A stretch of 64,000 nucleotides of DNA, from the NCBI RefSeq assembly GCF_036321535.1, contig NC_087436.1, positions 115,136,001 through 115,200,000 of the forward strand. Direction: 5' to 3'. Below the pieces are notes generated by a model. It did no database searches and was not told the origin of the DNA. It was given only the letters and a program-made list of their open reading frames with translations. Source of the stretch: Camelus dromedarius. Its lineage: Eukaryota. Position numbers and translations under genes: made by a program. Below, piece by piece: positions 26,220 through 38,475 of the stretch; the stretch's first letter is position 1; every line of letters begins with the position of its first letter.

Positions 26220-26580
26220 TGAGCTTGTCCTCAGGTTAATTGCATCAGAATCTCCAAAGGATAAATTTAGGATCCTATATTTTTAACAAGTGTTTCAAGT
26301 GGAGCTGGCAATCAGAGTTTTTGGTGGGGTGGAGGGCATTACAGCCCCAGGATCTCCATGCCCCCCGGTAGCTCATATTCAGCAATACCTGGAAGTGCTT
26401 CTGTGCTAGCGGTCATCATTCCACCTGCTTCAGATTACCCTGAGACTTTGCTAAAAGTGCACATTCCCAAGCTCTGCTGAAGATATGCTGAATCAGAACC
26501 CTTGGGGGTACAACCGACTCACATAATTTCACAACAGTTTCTCCAAGCGATTGAATCCATGCCCATGTTTGGGAACCACT
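26220..26580. mobile_element. MER5-like hAT-Charlie MITE remnants
   Basis: gcatcagaatctcc...tattttaacaagtg; cagattaccctgagactttgctaaaagtgcacattccc...gtttgggaaccact. Confidence 0.6.
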
Positions 26581-27767
26581 AATAGAATTTCTTTATACAG
26601 TTGATTATGTTTGGAGATATTATCAACATCTGAAGGCAATGGTGAGAACTGCAGGAGATAAAGTATATAGCATGGTTTCTGTGATGGGCCAATCCTTGCT
26701 AAATGCTGGGTACTAACATTTTAGTGTTTAGTGCTTTTCATGGGCAGGAATTGCATCTTACTTCTGATTTCCACAACATACTAGGAGGGGGCACTGAAGC
26801 TGGTCAGTATTCTCTTATTGGTCTAAGCTGCTTTGGTATTTCAAAAATTTATGCCTTCTATTCTCCGTTTGCTCCTCTGTCTTATGTCTATTTTTGTACT
26901 GGAAGCATCTCAGGGAAGTGAGAACTGCACCTTGACCGGAGCTATTCTGGTCACCATTAATTGTTACCTTTGGAAGATTCCTGTGGGGCTGCTTATGCAG
27001 AATCTTAAGAGATGAGCTGGGTGGTTATTATTAGTCTCATTTCATGTATGAGAAAAAGGAAACAGAAAAGGTGACCTTGTACAAGGTCACTCAGTTGGCA
27101 AAGAAGCCGAAACTAGAGTTTGCTTCTCTTAGTTGCTATTATAGGATCTCACATCAACTGCTTCCTAAAACTTCACCTCTCCTGACCTTGTCTTCATTCC
27201 CAGCACTCATCACTTTTCCCTCTCTCCGACTAAATAAATCATGGGACCAGGCACATAGGAAGTTGGTTCCTTTGGTTGTGATGGCTTTTGACAAATATGC
27301 ACAGGAGGTGCCTGACCCCAGCCTGTACCATGATGGTGGAAATTCAAGCACCATGGCACTGAATGGGTGAGAGAGATTCAGGTAGGAAGCTCTTCTTGAG
27401 TTCCCTCAAGTCTTGGGATTCACGTGAGATGCATGCTCCTTTCTCAGAAGCAACGTGAGAATGATATCTAGGGCAGACACCGGACTCTGCCAGGATAGTG
27501 GTCTCATGGGGGATAAAATACAGTCCAGACACCAATATTCTGAGATCAGACCTGACAACCTGACCATTGACCTTTAGCTAGAAAGATCCACTCAGTGGCT
27601 GAATTGGTACGACTTTATTCCAGTGTTTCATGAGTGTGGAATGTGACGTTTTCCACATTTGCTTCTCTGAGACATTAGTAAAAAAGAATGGAAAAACACT
27701 GATCAGCTTAAACTGGTTTTGCTTCCTAAAAAAAAAAAGGTTGTTCATCAATCAAACCTAGAATTAT

Positions 27768-28150
27768 TTTACAGAGACAGCACTGAGCATGTACAAGATA
27801 GGACTCAAGTCTCCAGGATGACCTGGAACCAAAACTCTTCAGCCTAGGAAACCCAAAGGATAGAAGTGTTGCCCCTGGAGCCCTTTACAAGTGAGGAAGT
27901 CCTTCAATACGGAAAATCCAGCTTCCAGAATCTGCTTACCATATATGGACTGACTTGAGACTAGCTCATCAGCTTATTCCTCTAAGTCCTTAAATTTTGC
28001 CCCAAGCCCTTGTTCAGGAAGACAGTTTTGATATCCTAGCCCTTTCTCCTTGCCAGTCAACCTTGAAATAAAGCTCTATCTTTTCTCTAAATCTGATGCC
28101 ATAGTATTGGCTTCTATGACTGTCTGGCAGAGAGCCCTCGTTCAGTAACA
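27768..28150 (+). mobile_element. ERV1-class solo LTR
   Basis: Ends ctcgttcagtaaca, aataaagc polyA signal, putative TSD ttat/ttat. Confidence 0.65.
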
Positions 28151-28670
28151 TTATTTCTACCTGGAGTTTTAATTTATTCTTTACATTAACTATATGAATG
28201 AATTGTCATTCAGCTGCACTTAGCACTCAGATTAATTAAAATGTATTCTTTCATTATGTTGTACAAACTACTCTCAATATTTTTTTTCTTATTAGTGTTA
28301 ACAATCTCTGCAGGTGTACCCTGCCCCACCACACACACTGACTATTATTTTTGCTTCAGTTGTTTTCTGGAAGTTATCATCTCTTTTGCACAGAGGGATG
28401 TAGTACAAACAAACCAGATATTAAACATAAGAATTCAGCTATTTTTAACATATGAGAATATGGAGATTGTAGATGGCCAGTAGTGCTTCATTTGACCTCG
28501 TCAACTTCCAAACTTACATATTTATCTGTGCTCTATGCTGTGCTGTCTGAGGCAGCTAATATCATTTTATTTCCCATACTATCTGCTCTTTGACACCTCT
28601 CATTTTACCTGGAGACCAAGGCTATAGTCAAAAGAGAAATTATATGTTTGTGTATATAAATATATATATT

Positions 28671-28825
28671 TAAAAACTCAGAGCAAGCAATGGTCTCATG
28701 AGATCTGACTGCTGTTCTCAAGGTGCAGTAAGAGTCTTTGCCTGTTCTCAAGAAAGTCGTAGTGTTGTTCCTTCGCTCTGTGGTGGAGGGCGCTGCAAAT
28801 TTAGGTAGACTAGATTTGGAGAGCC
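28671..28825 (+). repeat. Diverged direct repeat, copy A (partner 32848-32990)
   Basis: Shared blocks taaaaact, tctgactgctgttc-caag-tgcagt, tctgtggtgga-gg, ctgcaaatttag. Confidence 0.8.
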
Positions 28826-29232
28826 AGTGGGGTTTTCCCAAGAAGCTTCCTGGGAAGGCAGCTATTTAGGAGATGAGATATTCCAGGGAAAAATCTGTGT
28901 CTGGAGACCATGATCAATGTCAGAGAGGAGATTCTCTTCCACGTAGCAAGGATTATGCTCATCATTGCGCTGGCTTTGGTAATTACTGGTTATTGGCACA
29001 TACTGGCTTTGGTTCTAAGTCTCATTAATATTTGTGTAATTCCTCAAAAAATGTCCAGTGATGGTCTTAAAACTCATAATGAATGAGAAAAGGGTGGTGT
29101 TATGGCACTCATGACGCAGAAGTACAATTTTTAAAAAGACTCTATATCTGAAACAGAAGAAAAATTTTAAAAGCATCTGCTTTGTGTTTGGAATGAAGAG
29201 CAAGAGCATGTTAATTCTGAAATGAGACTTTA

Positions 29233-30235
29233 AAAAGCTCATACGACAGAATAAGAAAAAAACAAAAACCCCACCCAAAAATGGGCAGAAGACCTAAAGA
29301 AGCAATTCTCCAAGGAAGACATACAAATGATCAATAGGCACATGAAAAAATGCTCCATATCACTAATTATCAGAGAAATGCAAATCAAAACTACAATGAG
29401 GTATCACCTCACACCAGTCAGAATGGCCATCATTCAAAAATCCACAAATGACAAATGCTGGAGAGGCTGTGGAGAAAGGGGAACCCTCCTACACTGCTGG
29501 TGGGAATGCAGTTTGGTGCAGCCACTGAGGAAAACAGTATGGAGAGTCCTCAAAAGACTAGGAATAGACTTTGACCCAGGAATCCCCCTCCTGGGCATAT
29601 ATCCAGAAGGAACCCTATTTCAAAAAGACACCTGCACCCCAGTGTTCATAGCAGTGCTATTTACAATAGCCAAGACATGGAAACAGCCTAAATGTCCATC
29701 AACAGATGACTGGATAAAGAAGATGTGGTATATTTATACAATGGAATACTATTCAGCCATCAAAACCAACAACATAATGCCATTTGCAGCGACATGGATA
29801 TCCCCGGAGACTGTCATTCTAAGTGAAGTAAGCCAGAAAGAGAAAGAAAAATACCATATGAGATCACTCATATGTGAAATCTAAAAAAAAAAAAAAAAAG
29901 AACATAAGTACAAAACAGGAACAGACTCATAGACATAGAATACAAACTTGTGGTTGCCAAGGGGGTGGGGAATGGAAAGGGACAGACTAGGAGTTCGAAA
30001 TTTGTAGATACTGACAGGCATATGTAGAATAGATAAACAAGATTATACTGTATAGCACAGGGAAATATATACAAGATCTTATGGTAGCTCACAGCAAAAA
30101 AAATGTGACAATGAATATATGTACGTTCATGTAAAACTAAAAAACTGTGCTCTACAATGAAATTTGACACAACATTGTAAAATGACTATAACTCAATAAA
30201 AATGTGAAAAAATAAATAAAAAATATAAAAAAAAG
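29233..30235 (+). mobile_element. Young 5'-truncated LINE-1 (ORF2 end, 3' UTR, polyA)
   Basis: Open ORF2 C-terminus; 3' UTR closely matches the copy at 56711; aataaa plus A-rich tail; inserted at a ttt/aaaa site. Confidence 0.95.
29327..29884 (+). pseudogene. LINE-1 ORF2p C-terminal fragment (Cys-rich domain), 185 aa open frame
   Basis: [29 protein letters not shown]...[18 protein letters not shown]...[18 protein letters not shown] are hallmark L1 ORF2 motifs; no endonuclease, RT or promoter. Confidence 0.95.
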
Positions 30236-31194
30236 TTGTAGGGGAAAAAATACACGGTGTTGAAGAGAATGATGGCTGATAAGCAGGATGAGTTGAAAAG
30301 AGAGCTGAGTAAGCGAAAGAAAGCTTGCACTTAAACATTCAGTAGTAAAATTTGAATTGGCAAAGGGAACAGGAAGGATAAGAACTGATAATGCAGAAAA
30401 TAAAATAATCGTCTTTGGATAACAAAGTTGACTAGAGGAAAATGGATAAGAAGATGAAAGTCATGACTGAGAAGGTGATAGATGCAGAAGACAACAATCA
30501 AGGTGTAATCTACAAATAATTGGAGATATGACTAGAACACATGGATGACAGTAACAGTGTATAAGAAAACTTTCCTGTGTGTAGACTGCTTGCATTTATT
30601 GATCAAAACTTTTGCTGAATATCAGAAAAAGAATAAGCAAACACCTAAAAGAAAAAATTGTTGAATTTTTCCAACATTTTATTATAAAAATGTTTAAAGT
30701 ATTAAAAAAAGTTGATCAAACTTTACAATGAAGACAAAATGCATGTCTTGATTCTATCACTAGAATTTTATTGTATTTGTTTATCACATATCTATGCATT
30801 TATCTCATTCATCCATTAATTCATCTTATTTTTGATGCATTCAATGTAAATTGTAAACACTTATGCACTCCCCACCAACACTTCAGAATGCATATTATTA
30901 ACCAGTGTTCAACATTTGCTTAGAGTGTTTTTGTCTTTAGATATATGAAATAGGTTCAATAAAAGGAACAAGTGTAACTATACTTTTACCAATGCTTGGG
31001 ACATTCAGTTTTTCTTCCATATAGATATCCAGGTGTTCCAGTATTATTAGCTAAAAAGTTTTTCTCTTCCCCATTTGTTTGCTTTAGCACTTTTTCCAAA
31101 AATTAAACTGATTTATATATGTGAGTCTATTTCTGGGTTCTCAGTAATGTAACATTCATATATCTGTCAATTTATATGCCAATAGCACACCGTT

Positions 31195-31937
31195 TTATTG
31201 AGATAGAATCAACATACAGCATTATATGAGTTTTAGGTATACAATGTAATGATTTAATATTTGTATATATTCCAAAGTGATCATCATCATACATCTTGTT
31301 AACATCCACCATCACTCACAGTTACAATTTTTTTCTTGTGATGAAAACTTTTAAAATGTACTCTCTTAGCAACTTTCAAATATACAGTACAGTATTATTA
31401 ACTATCGCCATCATGTCTGTCCATTAAATGTGCAGAATTATTCGTCCTATGTAATTGCATCTTGTAATCCTTGACCAGAACATCTCCTCTCTATTTCCTC
31501 CACCTTCATCCCAAACCCCTGGTAACCTCTGTTGTACTCTCAGTTTTCACGAGTTCAACTTTTTGTTTTTATATAGACTTCATGTAAAAGTCAAATCACA
31601 CAGTAGTTGGCTTTCTCTGCCTGGCTTATGTCCCTTAGCATAATGTCCCCCAATTTCATCTATGGCGTCACAAGTGGCAGGATTTCCTTTTTCCTCATGG
31701 CTGAGTGGCATATACCGTATCCTCTTTATCCATTTATCTGTTAGTGAACATTTGGCTGTTTCCATATCTTGGTTATCGTGAATAATACTGCAGTGGATGT
31801 GGAAGGGCAGGTAGCAGATACCTCTTAGAGATAATGATTTCATTTCCTTTGAATATGTACACAGAAGTGAGGTTGCTGAAACACATGGTAGTTTTAGTTT
31901 TAATTTTTTAACGAGCTTCCATACTGTTTTCCATAAT
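31195..31937 (-). mobile_element. Older L1 3' end (L1MA-type)
   Basis: tactctcttagcaactttcaaatatacagtacagtattattaactat; ggctgtttccatatcttggttatcgtgaataat; minus-strand ORF shows degenerate KCSLTDKWIK. Confidence 0.85.
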
Positions 31938-32378
31938 GAGCATGTGCTGCATTAGTAATCAAAATAAAAAATTAAAAATTCTATTTTAAGATACTTGAAA
32001 AAATCTTAAAAATGTAGTAATTCATGTTTTGAACCAACTCTGCCCCACAGTTTAATTCACTTTTCAAGTAAAAAACTCTTTTTATAGAAAGTATATCACT
32101 TAATACTGTGGAAAAATGTGCACTGGACTTCACAATTGCCCCTGGAGAACTCACAGTACACCTCTTGGTGTTCCCTATATTTACTTATGTTGCTGTTTTA
32201 CAGAATAAACATTATACTCAATGAATACTAAAAGCATAAGAGACTCTTAATTCATTTGAAAAATGCACATCTTCTAAACATTAAAAAATGAAGCTCTTCA
32301 GATATATACAATTACCACAACAACTTGGGGAAAATATATAAATATTCATATACATACGCAGAATTCAAAGAAATGCAT

Positions 32379-32740
32379 TGTTAATGACCAAATGTCTGTG
32401 TCCCCTGCTCCGTTCATATGTTAACATCCTAATACCATGAGGATAGTATTCCGAGGTGGAGCCCCTGGGAGGTGATTAATTCATAAAGGCAGGACCTCAT
32501 GGATGGAATGTTAGTGCCCTTATAAAAGAGGCCCCAGAGAGATACCTGTCTCCTTCTGTCATGTGAAGACACAAGAAAATGCTGTAAAACAGAAAGTCAG
32601 CTCTTACCAGACACTGAATCTGCCCACACCTTGATCTTGGACTTCCCAGCCTCCAGAGCTATCAGAACTAAATTCATGTTCTTTATAAACCACCTAGTCT
32701 ATGGCATTTTGTTGCCATAGTCTGAATGAACTAACTGACA
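32379..32740 (+). mobile_element. MLT1A-like MaLR LTR
   Basis: ttagtgcccttataaaagaggccccagaga...ccttgatcttggacttcccagcctccaga...actgaca. Confidence 0.85.
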
Positions 32741-32847
32741 CATGCATTTAAAATCTCCTTAGAATCTAGGTTTCACCCTCAGACTAAATTGGGATGGCAG
32801 TTTATGAAAGCGGAACCCCATTACCAGAGAGGCGAATTTACCATTGT

Positions 32848-32990
32848 TAAAAACTGGAAGTAAGTGATAGTTGCTTGAGTTCTGACTGCTGTTCGCAAGA
32901 TGCAGTTAGAAACTTTTTCCAAAAAGTCCTAGTGCTGTCTTTCCATTCTGTGGTGGAAGGCTGCAAATTTAGATAAGCCTTTAGGAGCAA
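32848..32990 (+). repeat. Diverged direct repeat, copy B (partner 28671-28825)
   Basis: Same shared blocks as copy A. Confidence 0.8.
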
Positions 32991-33146
32991 GAGGCAATAC
33001 TGCTTCTTGGATCATGTAATGAGTAAGATAAGTAAGAATGAAGAGAAAAGACACTCACTTTATTGGATGACATTTGGGGCACACTGGACTATGCCATAGG
33101 AGAACTTGGCATTGGTTTACACTGTGATGTGAGCTAGATTGTTTTG

Positions 33147-33186
33147 GTGGAAGAGACCAGGCAGAAGTGGAAGAGACCAGGCAGAA
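33147..33186 (+). repeat. Perfect 20-bp tandem duplication
   Basis: (GTGGAAGAGACCAGGCAGAA)x2. Confidence 0.95.
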
Positions 33187-34189
33187 GAGGGTGTCTCAAC
33201 ATTTGGCATATACTACAAGGGTTCCTTGAAGTAATTCAGGTAGATTGCTCTGGAGGAGACAGGAGAGGCATCAATGGGAATATCCTGAACTGGTTGGAAA
33301 GAAGATGATGGGAACATGGTGTCAGGAGTTCTTCAATCATTTAAGATTAAAGTCAATGTCAAAAACATGCTTAGGGGAAAACTTTCTCCTTCTCTCCTGA
33401 ATCTCTACATCAGAGTGTAAAGGAAGAAACATCTGGCATTCCATTTGCCTTACAGGGAAGGGCTGTGGGAGATGTATTGCTTCTCTCTGTTCCCCAAGGC
33501 AGGAGGAGTACCTATCCTGGCTTGCATCGGGATGGACTTCAGTAGAGACTAGAGATCATGCAGAAAGTCTGTCTTCTGTCTCCTGACCTTTTACACTGGC
33601 CTGAACTCAGACCCACTGGAGGTCCACACTTTCGTGATTTCTTGTTTGGGCTTACATTTTTTTCCCCCTGTTACTATGATCAGGTTACCCAGAGTCTCTG
33701 CTGTTTGGCAGTATTTAACTCATGCAGAGGGTATGTAAGATTTGCACAACGCACTTACCCGCTTCAGATCTGGGAGTGAAAATGTATCTTTGTTTTCATG
33801 CTAAAGGCTTGTCCCCTGATAGAGTTCATCAGACTCTATACATTTGGAAGTGATTGGATTCTTTTTGAACCATTAGTAAACATGGGACCTTGAAATGTAC
33901 TTGATAGCTATTCTCATCTCTTCTTACTGGTTATAATTCAATGGGGAACAGAGGTAATCTCAGGCTGTTTCCATCCCAAATTTCCAACACTATTTTTAAG
34001 ATAGATTATTGATAGCTCTTTCTTAATCATGATATCTGGTAATATTTAATCAACTTAGTTATGGTACATGTACTGACATTAGAGAAAAGAGCACTGATCA
34101 GGGTCTTAATAATTTAATAAGATCATGAAGTTCTCAAAATATTGCCCGTATTATGCCACCAATTGTTGAGCGCCAACAATATATTCTAG

Positions 34190-34686
34190 ATGTGGTGAAT
34201 GCTCATGGATTCACCTTTCTGAGTCACATCTACTTCTTCTGTGAACTGCTTCTTTAAAATATGTTTCAGAAAAGACCTGCCCCATTTCACCTCCTTGTCC
34301 AGCATGACCGCATCTGACTCAGCACAGGTCAAGGAGAAATCATGCCTAGAATTTGCCACACCAAGACTGCAAGAGAGATGTCTCTGCTGGTGTGATGACT
34401 TTATGCTGATGTGAGACTGGGAGCCCCCTGTGACCATACATGCCTTGCTGCATGAAAATATCAGCTCATGGTAGGAGACGGTGGAGTCAATATATTCCTC
34501 CCAAAATTCTGTAAATTGTGGAAGAGAGGATCTGACTCCAGTCACATGGTCTACAGCTTTCTCTGGTTCCTATTTTTTGGAAGCTTGGTTTTTCAGCTCA
34601 TCTTGGAGATACTCCTATTTCCTTCCAATAAATCCCCTTTTGTGTAAGCTTGTCTGAATTGGGACCAGCAGTTCTGATTAATACAC
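34190..34686 (+). mobile_element. Old ERVL/MaLR-type LTR remnant
   Basis: 3' end ccttccaataaatcccctttt...ctgattaataca. Confidence 0.45.
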
Positions 34687-35629
34687 CAGATGTCTTAAAA
34701 TAATTTTTGCTATATTTGTGACATCCCTACAAATATATATGGATCTACATCTATAGATGAGAAAAGTTAGGCTAAATCACTTGTCTCATTCCAAAGTCCA
34801 TGCTGTCTTTTATCCCATCTTAATGGTTTTTGGAAGTGTTTTAAAGGTAACCCGACAATAATGAAACCAGTCAATCACAGGCTAAGATGGCTGATTGTCC
34901 TGAAGCCCTACTCTGGTGAAGTAGAGGCGTTTATCTGTGGAAGAAGCTTGTGAAGTTTCCCAGTTGGTGGAGTCGTGCGAGATTCTCTCCTATCCTTAAT
35001 GGACGGGCTAAATGTCTCACATTACTGCACAGACCATGGACAAAATAATACACCCACAATGGCTCTCCAGGCTGCAGACTTCCAAGCTGCTTCTCCTTCC
35101 ATTGCCACGTGTTACTCTCTGGGAGTTTCCTGTTGACACAGTGAGAGCTCAGAAGACTATGATACTCACTCAGTAACCAGTAAGTCAGATAGAGGAGTGT
35201 AGTTGGGCAACCAGAAGACAGCATTCAGAGACTGATGTGATGGGGAACAAATAGCAGTGTAGGGTGTCAGGATCTGAGGCAGGCAAGTAGAGCCAATGAG
35301 AGTAATTAACTGGCAGAGTGTAAGGTGAGTGGATGGGTCGGAGCCAGAGAGACTGGACGGAGTTGCTGGGACACCATGCTGAGCAGTGCGTAGAGGAGGA
35401 CACCAGGAAGACTGGCCAGAGCAGTGCAGGGTCTCCAACTTGGAGAAAATAGGATATTGGTTAGATTGTGAGGAGTCAGACTAGGGCATGGTAAAATAAG
35501 GAACCGATGGAGTTAATAGGACTAAGAAACAAGCATAGTTTTTATTTCTAACAATTAAGATCCTAATTTAATTTAATTGGTTGGGTCTCCTAGTCCTTTT
35601 CCCTATTTGCTGTCCCCAAGAGATCTAAT

Positions 35630-35830
35630 CCACTGCTGCCAGTCTAACTTTCTGTGATAATGGAAAAGTTATCTTTTGTTTAATATGGTAGCCACTGGCC
35701 ATGTATGGCAAATTAAAAGTAAATTAATTAAATTAAATAAAATGTAAAATTCTGTTTATTAGCTGAACTGGGTATTTTTCAACTGCTCTATAGCCATGTG
35801 TGGCTAGTGGCTACCATATTGGAAGCCACA
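35630..35830. mobile_element. MER3/MER33-like hAT MITE
   Basis: Internal inverted repeat atatggtagccactggccatgtatggc / gccatgtgtggctagtggctaccatat. Confidence 0.75.
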
Positions 35831-36869
35831 GAATGCATGCCCACGGATTCTTTCAATACTGGTAATCTTAAATTTTACTTCTGAGGACCCCAATCTGTAT
35901 CTTCATCCCTATATATTAAATTATCTACCAGATATTTTTTCTCTTGGAATTTTCACAGGACCCACATTTCACATTTCAAAATCTAACTTATTTTATTACT
36001 TCGAATTTATCTTTTCCTTGCCTTGGAAGAGCTGCTATCGACTGGCCAGTTGTTTAAGCCAGGTATTATATTGAGATGATTCTCTAATTTCCTAAAACCG
36101 GTAATTAACAAAATTCCTTTATTTTCTCTACTACCCTTTTTCTGAATCCTGTCTCCGCTAAACATTCTTGCTGCTACTACCCTAATTTAGTTCCTCAAAA
36201 TATTTTGTTCATAATTCCTTGGAAAAAAATCTCCTGAGTCCAGCTCCACAGTTTTGTTCTTATCCAGACAATCTTCTCTCATGGTCCTTCATTCCATCAT
36301 GATATGTACTCTGAACTGCAGATCTGATCAAAAGACTCTCCTATGCTGGGAGCAACTGATGTCTTCTCAGCAGCTGCAAGATGAAAGCTAAATTGTAGTG
36401 TGTATACCCAGATGTCTGCTGGGTTCCCTCTGCTCCTTCAGATTAAAATAAGAACACCTGTGTTTCATGATCCACAAACATCAAAATGCCTTGATTTTTC
36501 TGGTAAATTTCCAAGGTGAGGGAAACTATTGTTTTCAGTGCATCCTCTTCCTCCTCTGACTCTCTCTTAAAAGCAGTCTCCAGCTTTCAGTGTCAACTCA
36601 GCCTCTACATTAGTTTCCACAGAAACAAACCAACAAGCAAGCAAACTACTAGTATATTTATTGGTATAAAGAACTCTGGAGTGGAGTGGGCTGCGTGGAG
36701 AAACTGGGTGCATGCACACACCTCATTTCAAGCAAAATAAAATCTGTAGTGGACATAGTTCCCCCAACATTCTTCTCAAGGAGCAGTATAGTACAATAAG
36801 TGGCCAAGTGTGTACACTGACTGGTGTTGAACACATGCCCCAATATATACCATTTAGATAATCTTGAAA

Positions 36870-37050
36870 TTCTTTAACTTACCAGTATGTTCCTCAGTTG
36901 GAAAATAGGCATAAGTAGAAACATTAATGTCTTAGGGTAATTGTGAGGTGTAAAAGTGTTAATGCATGTAAAGCATTTGTTGGTAATGGCATCTGGCCCA
37001 TGATAAGTGTTCCAAAAGGTTTGCTCCTATTGGATTGTAGTCATCACTGC
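36870..37050 (+). mobile_element. MIR SINE 3' half
   Basis: tagggtaattgtgaggtgtaaaagtgttaatgcatgtaaagcattt...tggcccatgataagtgttc. Confidence 0.6.
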
Positions 37051-37070
37051 TGTTATTGACATTCCCATTA

Positions 37071-37586
37071 TGTAATAGGGAAGAACAAATCTGACTCCAT
37101 ATCAGATCTGCCCTTTGGCTCTAACACTGCTCTGCTGCCTGGGCTGAGTCATGCTGGTTCTGCACCTTTTGTAAAATAATGTTGCCTGTGACCTGAAATA
37201 TATAGGACAGCCCATTCTCAAACTCTGACCTTTAAGGGTATAACTGTTTTCCATTCATATAGAGATAAAAAGTTGCAGAACAGAGAATAACATTTGTTTT
37301 GTTGGAGGTTTACAGGAACATCATGACCTGACCTACATGGACAGCTGCAAGAACAAAGGATTATGACCCCAAGAAGTCTGCAACAACCAACCACAGCCCC
37401 TCCCCTTTTTAGTGTAGAAGGAGTACGAATTCTGACTTGGGGAAGATGGTTCTCTAAGACATTAGCCCCCCATCTTCTCGGTCTGCTGGCTTTCCAAATA
37501 AAGTCATTATTTTTTGCCCCAACACCTTGTTTCCTGATTTATTGGTCTGTTGTGCAATGAGCAGAACAAGTTTGGATTCAGTAACA
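37071..37586 (+). mobile_element. MER41-like ERV1 solo LTR, copy 2
   Basis: TGTAATAGGGAAGAACAAATCTGACTCCAT...CAGTAACA with perfect 4-bp TSD ATTA (37067-37070 / 37587-37590). Confidence 0.9.
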
Positions 37587-38267
37587 ATTATAGGGTCTCT
37601 CTTTTTTTTTTTAACCATCATCTTCCTAGGTTCCTTTTTTTTCTTCGTCACTGTCTCACACCTCATTGTTCCCCTGATCTTCTCATCTGCCCCACATCCA
37701 GTACAGCCACACACACCACTCACACTGTCGGGAGGGAGGGGATCAATGCTGTGCTATTCTCTAATGCCTTCAGATCAGCACATCCTAGACTCGCTATGAT
37801 TTCTAGGTTGTTATTTTTCTTCATGATGAGAAGTCTCAGCTTACCAATAATTCTGGTATTAGATATTAATAAAATTCAAAGAAAAAATGTTTTCTCCTTA
37901 TTCCACATGGCATGCAAACTTTTCATAAGCAAAACTGAAGCTCATCTTTACAATTTCATCCCTCACTGTTGCCCTATATGTGTGCTGAATTCTAGTCAGA
38001 CTGAATTGCCCCCATTTGAATCTTTTAAGCCTATGTGTCTTTGCACATATCACTCCCCATTCCTTGAGTACCCTCCCTTCTTGTATCCCAAGCAATCTCC
38101 TAGATAATTGAAGCTACACATCCAATTTAATGCGTTTTGTGACCTTTGAAACTTAGTGAAATGCTCCAGTTGGAAATTTAGAAGTCCTGATAGATGGCAT
38201 CCACTTTCCCCTCTGGTGTTTGGAGGATAAATTCTAGAGTCCCTCATCCAGAGGTCAGTGTCTCAGA

Positions 38268-38475
38268 CAATGATGTATTGGAGCTGGTTCCGATGAGGTA
38301 GCAAGAACTGATTGTATATATCTCACCCAATGCTACTGTCAGTGACTTTTTGTTGGTACCTTGATTTCAACCATGGTAGAGAAATTTACCCCAAGAAAGA
38401 AAAGAAATCTGCAAATGCTGCAAGTCAGCTTTTTTCCCACCAGAGAGCAGGAACTGCTAAACACCAGCACACCAG
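38268..38475. mobile_element. MER63-like hAT MITE
   Basis: caatgatgtattggagctgg...aaccatggtag...taaacaccagcacaccag termini. Confidence 0.7.

Noticed and set aside
28780..28796. GGTGGAGGGCGCTG as a third CTCF site
   Set aside because: Only the 3' half matches; the CC..AG core is missing
29868..30170. 100-aa antisense ORF
   Set aside because: It is the reverse strand of the L1 3' UTR
24023..37586. The two matching LTRs as the ends of one 13.5-kb provirus
   Set aside because: Each LTR has its own distinct TSD, and no PBS, gag, pol or env lies between them
37550..38107. 185-aa plus-strand ORF
   Set aside because: Starts inside an LTR at a non-ATG codon, crosses T-runs and has no recognisable protein motif
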